DNA of 57,180 bases, counting the filler, from Catajapyx aquilonaris (Eukaryota): NCBI GenBank assembly GCA_000934665.2. It is 2 parts of 2 records of this genome, joined end to end, with 100 filler letters (N's around TTAATTAATTAA, not from the genome) between each part and the next. Parts side by side here need not be neighbours in the genome. Positions count along the whole stretch, not along the records: positions 1 to 28,556 come from KZ539245.1; 1 more part is not named here. The stretch is one strand, 5' to 3'. Below are positions 1 through 14,300 of this stretch, piece after piece. The first letter of the stretch is position 1. Each line of letters starts with the position of its first letter. The position numbers and the translations under genes are program-made. Under the pieces are notes generated by a model. It made no database searches. It worked only from the letters and a program-made list of their open reading frames with translations, and was not told the DNA's origin.

Positions 1-138
1 TGCCAGGTAACGCACTACAACATAAGCAGCTTAGGCCGAATTTGTCAATAGCTGCGTGATAGCTGTTCGGACAAAAAAGTTGGACCACCCTGTATATGCA
101 AGCCTGAACCATGATGCATATGAGAAACTCTGCATGTA

Positions 139-342
139 TAAGTGTGTTCAAATGAAAGAGAAAGTGAGGCAATATCTCAGGAGCTATTTCTCTCAGCTGA
201 GTGCTAGTGTGGTATCTCTGAGTAGGCACTTGCATGGCTAATTTTCATGCAGAGTAGTTAGTAGTCAGCATTCACTCAGCTGAGAGAAATAGCTCCTGAG
301 ATAATTATTGTCTCACTTTATGTTTCATTTGAACACACCTAT
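139..342. mobile_element. MITE (hairpin, long inverted arms)
   Basis: GTGTGTTCAAATGAAA...CTCAGGAGCTATTTCTCTCAGCTGAGTG is inverted as CACTCAGCTGAGAGAAATAGCTCCTGAG...TTTCATTTGAACACAC. Confidence 0.7.
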
Positions 343-1006
343 TATTTGCCTGATATAACTTTTACCCTTCATGTTCCGAGTCATGTGCCGACTTGGATAT
401 GGGACATTATGTGAACATTCCCAATCTTATCCTGGCATTTAAACACACAAACTCACAAAGGTTTATGTTTTTGCTAAGGTTGTATATCCTTTCAATGCCG
501 AGGGAAAAAGTGATCATAATATTCCGTAAATGTATATTTGGATGTCTAATTTCTTTACAGAATATTGAAATTCAGAAACATTGTTTTCCTGCCATCTTGC
601 CGGTGTCTCTTACATGATGCAATTTAATCAAATGAGCAGGTCCTCAAGTTAGACATTTCAGTCCAGTAGTACAGTATAGGAGAAAGTGGTGAGGAATGGA
701 ACTGTTTCCATGTTTAATTGTTTATTTTTTCTGTGTTGTGACTATCACTCGTGATTTTATATACCAATTATTCATGGTTTCTCGGGCATAATTTACTTTA
801 AAAACTGCTCTGAATTACTGCACATGCCAGGATTTCCCAGCTACATATTCTTCTCGCTCCTGCAGATTATGCGGTATGCACGACAAGGGTGAGGTTGCAT
901 AGCAAGTCAGGATGAAGGGACATGAAACACATTGGAAAAGGATCGCCATACAGTATTTTCCGTCAGTGGGCCACTTGCATGTCAGTGTTCATCCTTCAGT
1001 GTGACC

Positions 1007-1298
1007 TAAATCAGTGGGGCTTAACGTCGGCCTATTTCTGCTGCTAAGGCTCAACACCGACGCCAGGGGGTGGTCCTCCTCCTGAAAATTTGGCCACTCT
1101 GGGGATCTTTAACGTGCACTCCTGCAATGTCACAAGCACACGGGACCGACACGACGGCTTTACTTCCCCTCCGAAGGAAGGCGCACTCTCACTTTTCTCC
1201 CACCCGGAGAAAAGTCACCGACTTCGGCCGGGTTCGAACCCACAACATTGGGACTAGAGGCGAGCGCGCTAACCACCAGTCCATCGGCGCCGGCGAGC
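1007..1298 (-). mobile_element. Full-length tRNA-derived SINE with Deu/Nin-domain-like core and 14-bp TSD
   Basis: Minus-strand tRNA head with B box GGTTCGAACCC; core motifs GCACGTTAAAGATCCCC and GACGTTAAGCCCC; identical flanks CCTTCAGTGTGACC at 993-1006 and 1299-1312. Confidence 0.8.
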
Positions 1299-2183
1299 CC
1301 TTCAGTGTGACCGTGACATGTACTGTAGCGGACAAATCTGGAGCTTTACTGGAATCCCAATCATGTCTCTAACTTATACATAGCAAAATATTAGCGCCAT
1401 GCCTATATTCACTGCCATAGTGCCATCAAAATAATAATCCCTTCTGCATACATGAACAAATGTTACAAATCTAAACTGTAAATACTGGACTTATACGGGT
1501 CTTCCTCCGGTTTACGTTATTGACAGGGTACAGATCTGTAATTACAGAGTACAGTACAGGGGCCTGTCAGTTCCCTCACATCACGAAGACAAGAGTTTTT
1601 TTTTTGTTTCAGAGTCACTTATGATAAAAAGTGTATTGACATTTTCCTACGGAGTCACATTCCTTCCCACTTTCCCTTACACTTTACAGTTCGTTATGCT
1701 ATAATATGAGCAGATACTTCAACGTCTCTTTGTTAAGTGCCTGAGTAGGCCTAAATATTACAGTAGGACTGCAGGGGTAGATGATTGGTCTCATAAAGCA
1801 CAAAGCACAGACTAACTGAAATGTCTGTCACCTCGCCTGCTCATTCATTTGCAGAATCATATGTAATATCGATATTTTTGATAACGTGCCAACTTGATTA
1901 TTACAATATATTAGTGTTACCAAGAAACGTGAGAATACACCTTTAAAATATTTTATGCAATACTGAACCTATTTTCGAAAGTAGCATTTAGCCGACGTGA
2001 AAGTCAAACAGGCTTTAATTAAGCCATATCAGAGAGTAGCCAACACTGCAAAAATCCTTCAGCTTCAACATTAAAGTAATCAATAGTTAACAGCTGTTAC
2101 GGTAACAAGTTTGTTTTAGATGTATCCGTCCGCAGATTCTTACCGTAGCTTAAAGGTTAAACCAATATATTACGAATACGTAC

Positions 2184-2307
2184 AATTCAAAGCATTCGTC
2201 AAAAAGAGGGAAAAGCGTTTTCTTCTGTATGGCCGTCTGTTGCTCGGGACAATTCGAGAAGAGCCAGTGGGGCAGAAGCTCTACAATGACGAATGGATCA
2301 CTCAGCC
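2184..2307 (-). CDS. BAIAP3: unc-13-4/BAIAP3 exon (C2[14 protein letters not shown]...[12 protein letters not shown]); further 3' exons not found in window
   Basis: ctgcag acceptor, TT|GTACGT donor. Confidence 0.9.
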
Positions 2308-5300
2308 CTGCAGAACATAATTCCATTGATCAGAGACAATGTAGGGAGCATCATGACTGACTTCCTACAGTACCGTTTGGGTCCAGAGGTAAGAGGTCCC
2401 GGGCGCTTAGAACTTCCACTGAAAGGCTGTCGTGGTTAAAATAGACTCGGACGGACAGCACTCCATATTCACACGACTCTGTCCGCAATTGCTCTTCCAG
2501 ACGCTCAGCGTAGTACATGTCAACTAGATTCTCTGTGTTGGTCTTGTGGAAAGTGAGAATTTGATTCACTTGCCTGTACATGGGCGTGTGAATCTCGTTG
2601 TTACTGAGACCGTCGCCATCTGCTTGAATGAAGTAGTCCAGCATCACGAGTGCCTCATGAAGTCGCTCGTAGAACTTGGGCAGTTTATCCTGAAAGTGCA
2701 ACAGATATGGCTCAGGGATGATTTGGTAGTTCTATGTCTGTACTACTGTTTTCATATCACAGGCGCAAATAATATTATATTTCTAAATGGGAAACGTATA
2801 AGGGGTGATAATTATAGCAATATTTTATGCACGAGGATAGTGAACATACCCCAACGTTTCCTTCAGTCTGCTCTTGCACCAGCCGCAACAGAACTTCCCA
2901 GGAGGCGCTCACCGAGCGTGTAAATGCTTCAGGTACTAATATTTCACTTAAACCCCCTAATTCGTCACACAACAGATTCAACAATGGCTCAAGTGCTTCA
3001 TCTGTTGGTAAGGAATCCGGAGACCAGGCCAAGTGAAAGATATTCTTCTTTATTGGAGGCTTTAACTGGAACAATATTCCAAACCCCATTACTAACCCGG
3101 TGCAATATAATATTACCTGAAACATACCTGTTCAGCAAGGTGTGACGCCACTGCATTTATTCGGGCTTCAAGAGCGACTACAGTCACGTCAAGGGGTTCG
3201 CAAAGAGCGTTACGGTCAGCATGCCAACGGGACTCATTTTCTGGTCCACCTCTCTCAAACGAAGCCAACAGTCGATTCAACTGCAACTCTTCTGGGAGAT
3301 TGAGCAGACAACGACGAACGTGTTCCAAGCTATTCATCGTAATTGCCATTTTTTCCGTCACGCGAAACACCTCTTCGTCGTAAAATCCAGTATCTTGCAG
3401 CCGTTGATGCATGATTTCGGCAAAGAGGGACGCAGCATAGCTAATGACGTCGATGATGCGTGCTAAGAAGGTGCAGGTCTCTGGTGACAGTGGCCATTCC
3501 AGGTGGCGCCAGAATTCTCGGATCTAAAGAGAGCAGAATATGTTTTCAGACGCAGAACTGATAGCTTCTGCAACTTTTTAGCACCAGTTTTCTTCTGATA
3601 TGATACAGGGAGATTGTTGTAAAAAAAGTTTACCTGGAAGAAGCACGATGTAGTGTCGAGAGCTGCGGTGCTGATAACATTTCGTGTGTCTGAATGTGCG
3701 ACTTGTTCCAGTTCAAGAGCCTTCCTTATACGTTGAAGGCCCCTCAGTTTCGCGACTACTAGCCAACGGTCAACAGCAGGAGCAAACCAATCGTGGTAGC
3801 TGACAGGTAACGTGGCCTTTCTGTCTTGAGGCGACAGGTGGTCCCGGAATCTGCAAGAATTATGTAGAAAATGCATTCTGACACACGCTAAGTTGTTTAT
3901 GTATCATACTCACTGAACAAATTCTTGAACAGCCAAGTAGAGCTCGAAAACGGCAGTTCCAGGATCAGAACCCGCCGGCACCTCCAATGCTTCACTAAGG
4001 TCCATCTCTAGCATCTGCTTGCACATTTCCTCTATGCAAGGTCCCAAATTGTCGTGCAGCTATGTTCAAGGATGTGATAAGACAATCAATAACACGTTTG
4101 TTACTCACTCTCAGGTATATGACTCATCTAGATTTAGTATGCTCAAAAAGTGTGATAGAATATTAGTTCCATGCTAAGATGCTACCTTACATAATTGGGG
4201 GAAACAAAATCTATTTCTAGAAACTGTGCTACTTAAGGATCAATTATGGGGGGGGGGGATGTAGTGTTATTGTGATAGAGGGGGTGACTAGCAAATAACT
4301 GTAAAATGCGTGCATGTGTGGCGATGCGTAGCTTTTGGGGGGGATATCAGATGTGGCGTGATGATCGGACAAGGAAGTGACGACATCACTAATTGTTTAC
4401 TCAAAATTTGCCACTTCCCTGACCGTCATCAAAGCAGCGCAAGGCTAACTGGAAAATTTGGGAGGAAACGCAACTCGATACCTCCAACGCTGCCACCTGC
4501 TTCTGCACGTCTTCAGCCAACTGGAGGGGGCGAGAAAAGAAACGGGCCAATCATGAAAGGGGGGCGATGATCGGCTACCCTCGACCAAACAATGCGGATA
4601 TATTGGTCCACAACATATTAAGTTGCGTGTCTCCTTCCCACTCGCATTAATGTAAATATATAAGTCATCAGTTCTACACATACCGTTCGCTCGTGCTGCT
4701 TGAATATAATGCTGAAGTATGCCACCTTGACAGTGCTGTGAAAAATGGGGAGTTACTGACTGATGTATCTAAGTGATAATGTAAGTGTACCTGTCGAAGA
4801 GGTCGCTGTAACAGTCCAGAGCCATTTGCAGGTCGACGGTCAGTGTGGTTGCCAGGTTAGCCAGAGCTTGAAGCATTGATTTAGATTCTAACTCACACAC
4901 TTGCCTTGTATCTGAGTACCTACCAGGGATTATGTTTAGACAGAACTATTAGGACTTGTAACATAGCTTGAAATAAACAGCATAGCCAGGATTTACGTAC
5001 TTTAGAGCTAGTCAATAAATTTTTGGGTTGTATATCTTCAATGGAAAGTCATTAATTTACGCTTAACCCTTTGAGGCGATCGTCATGTGACGATCTGCTG
5101 GTTTTTGAACTGGGCGCGCTAGAGTTTCGACAGAAATGGCGCAATTTGAGGGTCAAACTGCTCCTACCACCTCGTGGAAGGGGGCTCATCTACCATGGCG
5201 TATGATAATAAGTTTTTCCGCCTTCCAGCGTGAGCTAAACATACCCCCTCCCGCGGCGTCAGAACAGGGTGGCCCGTAAGTCTGGACGCTTTGGAGTTTC

Positions 5301-8300
5301 TGATAGTACAGAGTTTTAGTATTATTTTGTAACCATAGTAACAATTTTATAGTGACTTTAAAATTTAAAATTAATTTACTTGCATTTAAAGTTAATTTCA
5401 CTTTAAATTTTTCTGGAACACCCCGTAGATGAATTTTTTCGGCATTTTACATTCAAAAGACCTGCCATGAGTTAAACTGATAAATATTGGAGTACATTGT
5501 TTTTCACTAATATCACTCCTACTAAAAAATTTCATCAAGAAAAGGAAAAAACGGCCATAAAACTCCGCCATCAAAGGGCTAAGGCGAAAGACTGCCACCC
5601 AAACCATCCGGACACCAGACATGACAATTACCAGTGCCTAACACATAGCCACCTGGTAACTGGTGTGATTTAGTGTAAACACGTAAAAAAATTTGAATGC
5701 CACCAAAAGGTATTGTATGGTTTTAAAATGATTGTGTCTTTTTTGTTGCCCTGAATATGTGGAGGTGTGGTACTTCTATTCTGGCTATGCCGTTGAATGC
5801 ACCTGTCTAGCATACCATTCGATGGCTCCCTTTCGTAAGGCGTGGCATATCTCCCCACGTATTTCCTTGTGGAAAGGGCAGCACTTTCTAAACGCAGCCG
5901 TTTCGGACAGAAAACTCAAGCACCTGCAAAAGTGAGAACAGAAGCATTATTTTAAAAATCCTTGTCAAAGCCATGAAAAATAATGTGGTCTCCGAAGAAG
6001 TCGAGTCGAATGCCATTAAAATTATCGTGATGCGGTGTCAAAACATTGGACTACGTTTAGGTCCCTTTAATGAGTGTAGATTCATAGCTCTCTTGTTCGA
6101 TTTTCTGGCGGGAACGCAAACAAAGGACTACAGGAATCGTTCTTCTCTGATGAAAAAATACCAATCGCCAGTGCTCTCATGGATCCCGAAATTACATTTT
6201 TCTCATCTACGAAACAGTTATCGGATACCACACTCCATGGAAAGCCTGTGAGAAATACTGACCTAAGCAGAAATTCCAACTGATGCATGGCCACTTTAAT
6301 TCCGGGAGGAAAAAGCTGCCGGTGTTTACGTATACGCTGGACGCTGTGCTCAATGTATATGTTAAACGCCTCTGCTAAATATTCCTCCTGTAGACAACAT
6401 ATCACATTAGAAAATTCTACCTTAATATTTATTAGTGCATCACAAAATTACCTGATCTCTAGACAGTGATTCGGACGGCCAACGTTGGTCCAGTTCTGCC
6501 AGTAAACGCAAAAGAATGCGATGGTCCATTGGTCGTGTCAGAGACTTCCTCGAATACGACACCCATCGAATCATGGACCTCTGCAGCTCCGTCACATCTC
6601 CTTGGATGGCGTGCTGATGCAGGATAGTGAGTGCCACTTGCGGCAGTTCCCCATTCCACGAGTATGACGGGCCCTGTCAAAATTAACCAACATGAAACTA
6701 GGGCATGCTCAGGCCTGTTTCTGGTGCGATAGGAAATAGCGTGCTTGCGAGTTCCACATGCTGATCATTGACCAATACTCGCAGGCAGATTTTGAGTTAT
6801 TCCAACTCAGCTCACTTTGAAATGACCCATCTCGTAATCCACAAAGACGTGGTATAGTTGCTCCTGTTGGCGAATTTCTGCCCAGTGGTCCTCATCCTCT
6901 TCTGAAGTACCCCTGTCTTCTCTAGTCGACAACCACAACTTCAGTCGGATGCGACCCTGGATCGAGGAGCGATTGGATCGCCCTTCCAATTGGTACCATT
7001 CTTCCAGTCCGGTAGATGGTATATCCTGTGTGAATGAGGTGACACACAAGTAATGGGAGCGAGGGAAATAATTACCCACATAGGAGTTGCAGGCATTTTG
7101 TTGGACAGCAGTGTCCATAACAATGAGGCGTGGTGAAGGAGAAACGGGGTCAGATTCGCTGCAATTTGGTATTATTAATGAGCACGTCGAGGGGGAGTGC
7201 ACCGACCTAATCACATTCTGAAAAGTGGGACCGTTACTTAGGGCATAATTGATGCCTTCTTTAGCACTCGTAGGGGGAGAATTAATAAGATCTAACGAGG
7301 TAACTTGAACTGTCCTGCAATAAGATGAACAGCAGAGCCTTGCACAACTCGAGTCTACTTCAGCTTTGTAGGGTTTAGACAAGTCTACCTGTCTTAAGTA
7401 ACAGTGTAGCGTTTTACAAAACATACCGTGATGCATGACTTGCTATAATGGCTCATTAATATTATAGGTGCATGCCAAGGTGAAGTCTGTGTGACAATTA
7501 GATTTAATTCCTTGCTGGATCGATTTATAATGTCCTTCTACAGTAGTATAATTATTATGTGTCGCATTGTTTTTCGTCTTGCCATTTGATACGATACTAT
7601 TTTAATTATCGAGTGCCAATATTTCGCCGTCAATTCACTCTATATACGGCTACTGGGCGTCCAATACTAAAGGCATTTTCAGATAATTTCGCCTCTGGTT
7701 ATGCATAATTCTTCATGGAATCGAAACGAAAAGATCGCTATTTTCCAAGTTCAAATTAGTAGGGCCACAAGTTATTAACTACTGTCAAGAATTGGTTCAT
7801 GTGTAAATGTTGACATTCAAATTCGACATTGCCACACTGCATCTGAGAATTTCATGAGGAAAGCATAACTATCGGGAAATCCATTGGGTGCTACTGATCC
7901 AAATATACAGTATAGGTCTATTTTTCGCTAGAGAAGTGTCTGCACTCTTGATTTCACGCAGCACGTACAGTACGTGGCGCTAGAGAAAGGCTACACACTA
8001 GACAAACAATGTGGTTCTCATTCGCAGAAGTCAATAACAGAGTATAATTACGTAGTGCACTTATTGACCGCAGTGGAAGTTGACCATGTTGACCCCGCTT
8101 GGATGACGGCATATAACGTACAGAAACTTACCACGAAAAGGAAGGCTCAGATTTGAACTTCACTTTGACATTTTTTAAAGAATTCCCATGATTGAATGTG
8201 GCAGTAAATCATTGCAGAACAAAGGGCCATTAATAATGCAGAGTGCACATACTGTAATAGCCCAGTGTCGTGTACTCTTAAATTTCTATCTGATCATCCC

Positions 8301-11300
8301 ACTGTAGCACTATTCTCTTTTATAAACCTTCTCGCTCCAACTCTCGCAGCTGTATCATTGTCTCTCCAGGGCAGTTGAGAGCTCGTATTTCTTTTACTTT
8401 CCACGGCGTGAAAAGGGTTGAGCACCACAGGTAAATGTAATGGGACCATATAATGCACAAAGACAAGATTTAAACTGATAAGCAGTGGAGCATATATAGC
8501 TGAGCCTTTAAGAAGAACTGCCATCATGCTGGGACAAATTCAAGATTGTTATTTTTAATTGTTTCTTTTTGATAATCTGCTGTATTATTAGAATACCTAA
8601 GACCTAAGTATGTGTACCGGTACTGGTATACTTATCTGATTAGGCATTTCAATATTATTGGACCTGAAACCTGATGATGATAATTATTTTAAGTGTAGGT
8701 GTATAAATTAATTTACTATATACTATCAGATCAATTTATATAATAAGAAAAACATATTTAAAATATTTACTGATTCTATTGTCATTATTACAGGTAGCTT
8801 TTAACGCATAACCTACGCCCATTGTAATTTTAAAGTGACATAATATTTGCAATAAAATATTTTTCAGTGTTATGTTAAAACCTTGATTGTTTGATTACAG
8901 TGTCTTCTCTCAACACTGTGTAATGGCTATGGTTAAACCCTGTCGCGGTTGTTTGCATTTCATTCATTAGCGTAGGACTTTCGTTTGGTTAATCATTTGT
9001 GTAACCGTCCCTGTGTTTGTTTCTAGTCCGCAGAACCCAATCATTGTAGTGCGCAGAGCGAAATCTTCGGGAGATTTCAACGGAATGAAGCGTGATTGCA
9101 GGGTTTTGAGGGAGTTTAACAGTAGTTCTGCTCACGTCTTCAAGTAATGAAAAGCATCAGATGTTTCTTGCGGAAGTAAATGGGATTCAGAGGACAATAA
9201 AAGAAAAGTTGGGAGTGCCTGCGTCATTAATTTGCCGGAGACATGCACGAGTGCATAAGAACATGGTCACTCATCACCATTCCAGAAGTTCCTGACTTTA
9301 TTTGACGTGGAGGTGATTCCATTGTAGAAAATAAAACCCTTCCCTGCTGCATAATTATTCGGCAGCGTTTATCACTGAAGGTATCAAGTGACTCTAATTT
9401 TCCAAGAATTCATCTTGCCTGTCGTGAATCTGGAGAGAGTGCATGCACTCTCTCCAGCAGATTCACCACGACAGGCAGAAAACTTTTAGGATTTCCACCG
9501 AATGGTAATTACTCCACTTTTCAAAGTCACTGTAACATCATCATCAAGTGGCAACTTCCAGCTGCGCTGCAGATGCAATGCGACTTTTTAATGCCAGAGA
9601 TATTTCTCCATCCCAGACATAAGAAAAGCTGCTAAATATTTTATCATTAGATAAGCGCGAGTTTCTTGGCACAACATTAACTATGATTTATATAACAGTC
9701 TGTTCCTCAGGTGGGCTATGATGCTGAGTCGCCATCTGCCATTTATTCAATTTTCGTTCACATTCTTGCTGTCCACAATTGACAATCCCAATGCTTTCGG
9801 TGACCACTTATCTCTCACGAAAGAGCACAGCACAATATGCCAATAATGACGCAGTACATGTAACAAAACATTGTACAAAATAGTGTACTAATAATAATTC
9901 ATACCCCATTATCAGCCATCGGCTCTTTAGGGGGGAAGTTTGTTTTGCCTGGAACTCTTTGCTTTTCATTTTACTGTGCTCTTTGGGATAGGATAGGGAC
10001 GGAAGGAAGCGGCTGTGGCCTATTAATTACGGAAACAACTCCTGAATTTTCCTGGAAGGATCGTGGGAAACCACAGAAAACCACGGTCAGAGTTGCCGGC
10101 CCCGGGATTTGATCCCAGGACCTCCCGATTAGCAGTCGGACACCATATCCCCTCCTCCAAACTGCTTCGGTAAAGTAGTGTACTAATGGTCATTATTATA
10201 ATATAAGATTGACATGCACTAAAACATTTAATATGGCATTTAAGTTTTCAACGGTCTGCATCCTGGGTATTTCTCATATAGGCTGCTTCTTACAAAATTC
10301 GATTACTATTATTTTATTTTATTTTAAAATGCCATGGAACAACACATGTACGGTACACTGATGGGAAACGTGACGTGCATCCCTTACCACTGCCCTGATT
10401 ATATACTGTATATGGTACTTCAGGAATGATAAGGGGTACATCTGGAGGCCATTCTTATTTTCAGGCCATGAGCAACTTGCCCCCGCCAGGAATCGAACCT
10501 GGGTCCACACTCTGTGTGAGTGTTGGCTCTGCCACTGAGCTACGGGTGCTCTGTCGCTTTGTGCGTAACACGTGATAGATTGGACGACATATTACGATAC
10601 ATTTTAACGGGCTTACCTGTATCGGAACATTGACGCATCCGAGGAAGTCATCTTGAGACCCGGATCGGGCGCTTTGGGCGATCTGCTTGAAGAATCGACC
10701 CAGGCCTTTGACGCCACGCACCTCATTCAGTTTACTCACGCACTCTAACACCGACGACTCGTCGTCATGGTCCCTGCATCAGGAAATTGAGGCAAGGGTC
10801 ATTGAAAGGGGAGAAAGGCATCAAATTATACCAATGCGAACACCTCAAGTCTTGAGAAGAAGTAGGTGACTTATCCAAGCCAATTCTGTGAAACCTTGAC
10901 GCATAATTTCTTTTTGGCATATACTACGCTTATCACATTTTTAAACTACCACACGCTGAGGTCATTGCCACACGCCAAGTTTCTAACATGGCATTTCTAC
11001 CATAAACGAACATCGCATTATCCTGTTTCCGCATGATTGCTTCGGCAAACGGCATCCAGGGCTGTCCCTCACTGCATGAGTGACTTGCAAACAGTGCGCT
11101 AAGGGTCTGGGCAGCCCGGGGCAGCATAAAAGTAAGGCCTGCATAACCTAAACTTTCAGTTTGGGAACCATACCATCAGGATAAGGTCTGTATCAGCAGC
11201 CGAGATTACGTAGCCACCAGAAGGGTCAACTGAATTCACTTGATGGACTACATTGTATTTGCCAGTTTTGCTCTAAAAATAGGCAAAACAATTTGATACC

Positions 11301-14300
11301 GAGGGTGCGATACGGTTTTTTCATAACTAAATATTGACTCCAGGGTGAGAGATCAAATAAGTCCGTAATAGATGGGACAACTAGCGACGTACTGCAATGT
11401 TGTGAACCGGACATTCATTGGAGTCAGTTGACTTAAAAATTCTTTCTCGGATAGGGTAATGAGAGGAGTTACACTTTTACACAAAGGCTAGTAAAATTCT
11501 AGGGACTAACTAGGTTAATTCCAACGATTGGTTTATGTCTTTTCCGATACTTCTCGCTTGGCGGCGCCACTTAGCACGCTCCACTACTCTCAGCAGGTGA
11601 CGTATTCCCGCCCGACTTTGACCTATCGCCCTGGGTCGGGTTTTGAGAAAAACGAATTGCACATTCGGAATCAATACTTTTTGTTAGATTTTTAGAACCC
11701 ACCTTTCAAATAAAGTGCAGTGTCCCTTTAAGACGAGGGCTAAGCTACAATACTTATAATGAATCCCGCTGGGAAATATTAGCATTTTATTGCTAAAAAT
11801 AATGACCTCAATTTTGCTAATACCTCATGACACAAATGAATTTACATTTATACATGTTCCTTTTCGCCCAATACAGGAACACACCATAATGAAGTAGAGG
11901 CTCATCAGAACCTTCAAAAGTCAAGGCTCAGTCATCTACGTGGAAGGACCTCGTTACAACTTTTAGTATTCATGAGGGGTCCTCATTATTGATTACCTGA
12001 AAGATGAAGGTAGGATTACAGGAAAATATACTGCCAAGATCTCACAAGGAAGCAATCAAGAGCAAAAGGCGCCGAATATTTCGCTCCAGTTCACAAGAGT
12101 GTCACGTGACAATGGCTGCTATATCAAATTGCAACCTCACCAGCACTATTCTCCTGATGTCGCATCCAGTGGCTTGCACCTCAACAAGTCAATGAAACAA
12201 AATCTGTATTGGACTCGGGAAGCAGAGAAAATGGAAGAATGTTGGGAGAGAAGAATTTTAAAAGGGATTTAGGGATCAGGACGTAGGTGTTGAGTTACAC
12301 AGAACTTCTTCAATAAATATTTATCCCTTTTAAACCAGGGCTAAAGCAACTTATCGATAAGTAATTTAGATTGCTTAGGTATGAAGACAAGGAAAACGGC
12401 TGCTGTAAACCATATCGCCGACCTACTTGTATGCGACCATGGCTATATTTGTCGCAGAAATGATTATAAAAATTACGGCTCATGAGTAAGTGAACTTGGG
12501 TTGGAGTGAGATACGTATTATAATTTTCGCTTGTTATGGCGTCGGGAGCAGGAAGTCTATATTGCATTATGCAGTGAATCAATAACCGCTGATATGACAA
12601 GGGGTATTACCTTTTCGTCAAGGTGTACAGTATACGTGGGTCAGTCAGTGCATTCTGAGCCTAATATGTACCCAATGAGGCAACTTATATAAAATAAATA
12701 AAATAAAGTATGTACATATGGTGCAGACTTACAACGACTTACTCCTATACCCAGTTATGTAGTGAAAAAAATTCGAAGTGACCGAAGTATGCTGTTCCAT
12801 CACGACAACGCAACGCCACAGACCACAGCTCACTTATAGTACTGTATATTGCTGCTCGTGATTGCGGCTTAGAAGTTCTCCCCCAACTCCCGCTATTAAC
12901 CAGATTGGACTACCATCTAGCTTCCCAAAACTCAAGACCTCCTCATGAAACTCATTTCACCAGTGACCATGAGGTGGTGAGTGCCACCTACATGAGTGAT
13001 TGAAAAGAGTAAATATATTTTGTGTAAATCCAAAGGCTGGAGCAATAATGACAGAGGGAGTCAGGGAGTTTAGTTGTATATGTCATATTGGTGACCATGA
13101 AACATGTCCTTCTGTGTAAGACTATTCCTCATACTGTACAGTACATCAACTTCTCTTCCTACATTTAAGCCTTTTACGAGCTGTGATTTTTAACTCATTC
13201 ATTATGTTTATACTGCTGGGTGGCATTAGTTGATCAAGTTTGTAATCTGTGACATTGGTTGCCAGAGAATAATATTGACATACTTAGGGTGAGCGGAGAG
13301 GGGGGTGGTGTTGGGAGGGATGGAAAGAATGATGAGGAATGGAAGAGGGGAATTTAGGGTTGTAAATGGAAGTTAAATAGAGTGCAGTTTCATGTTGAGA
13401 TAATACGTTCCACTTTCACGAATTGGCACTGGATACCACTGAACAGGTGACGTAGATTTAATAACAGGCTAAAGATTAAGATCAGCCCTGAACAACACTG
13501 TTCAAATCTCTCTTAAAAATTTCCACCTTATTACTGTATTTACTGCACGTCGATTTCAAAGTTGTTCTCTTGTCTCTCCACATCCCCCATTATAAGTGGA
13601 TCCGCCCTTTACCTTCCAATTTGTGCAGGCGTAATTGAAACTGTGAGTTTGAAAAAGACGGAAGTCCGTGCGACTTAATTTTTCAATCATGGCCAAAAAA
13701 ATTAGTATTTCCAACAGTATGCTTTTTTATCTGGTGATTTATAAAACCCACATCAACTGGATGCACCTGTGGTGGGCGGGAATATACAAGTTTCATTCCC
13801 TGTGTGAACATGGTGCGATACAATGGAATTTTAGGGCTTAAGATGAATACACTAACTAATAAGAATATTTTGAAATAAGCCAGTTACTCACCAAATGTCT
13901 AGATGAAGTGTGTCTGACGTTACATCGTCGATGTCACTGAAAAACAAAGCAACAGCTCACGTTATGACACAATACCGTCTGGTGCACCAAAGCTGACAAG
14001 ACACATACAATCTAAACTTCTCGTTCCATTTGGGGTTGAGAGTCTGGGGCCTCACTGTGGTAGCCCGAATAAACTTGGCCGGAACAGCTGCCGAAATGCT
14101 GTCTCTTTGGTTTCTGCGACCTTCCAGCTCGCGCCTTTTGAAGCTCAGCCTGAAACTGAAATGGAAAGCACACAAATGAAGCTCGCATTACGTATATGAT
14201 ATATGGACCATGCCAGAGTGTCTCTTTTGGCCTTTCAAAGCTTGGATTATATCATGGAGTATGAAATGTTGCTCATCATTGCAAAACACACTGTCATTAT

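Noticed and set aside
5670..5815. Apparent premature stop or frameshift after ...GAIEW in unc-13-4
   Set aside because: Resolved by the TG|GTATGC donor splicing in phase to the 4919 exon; the gene is not a pseudogene.
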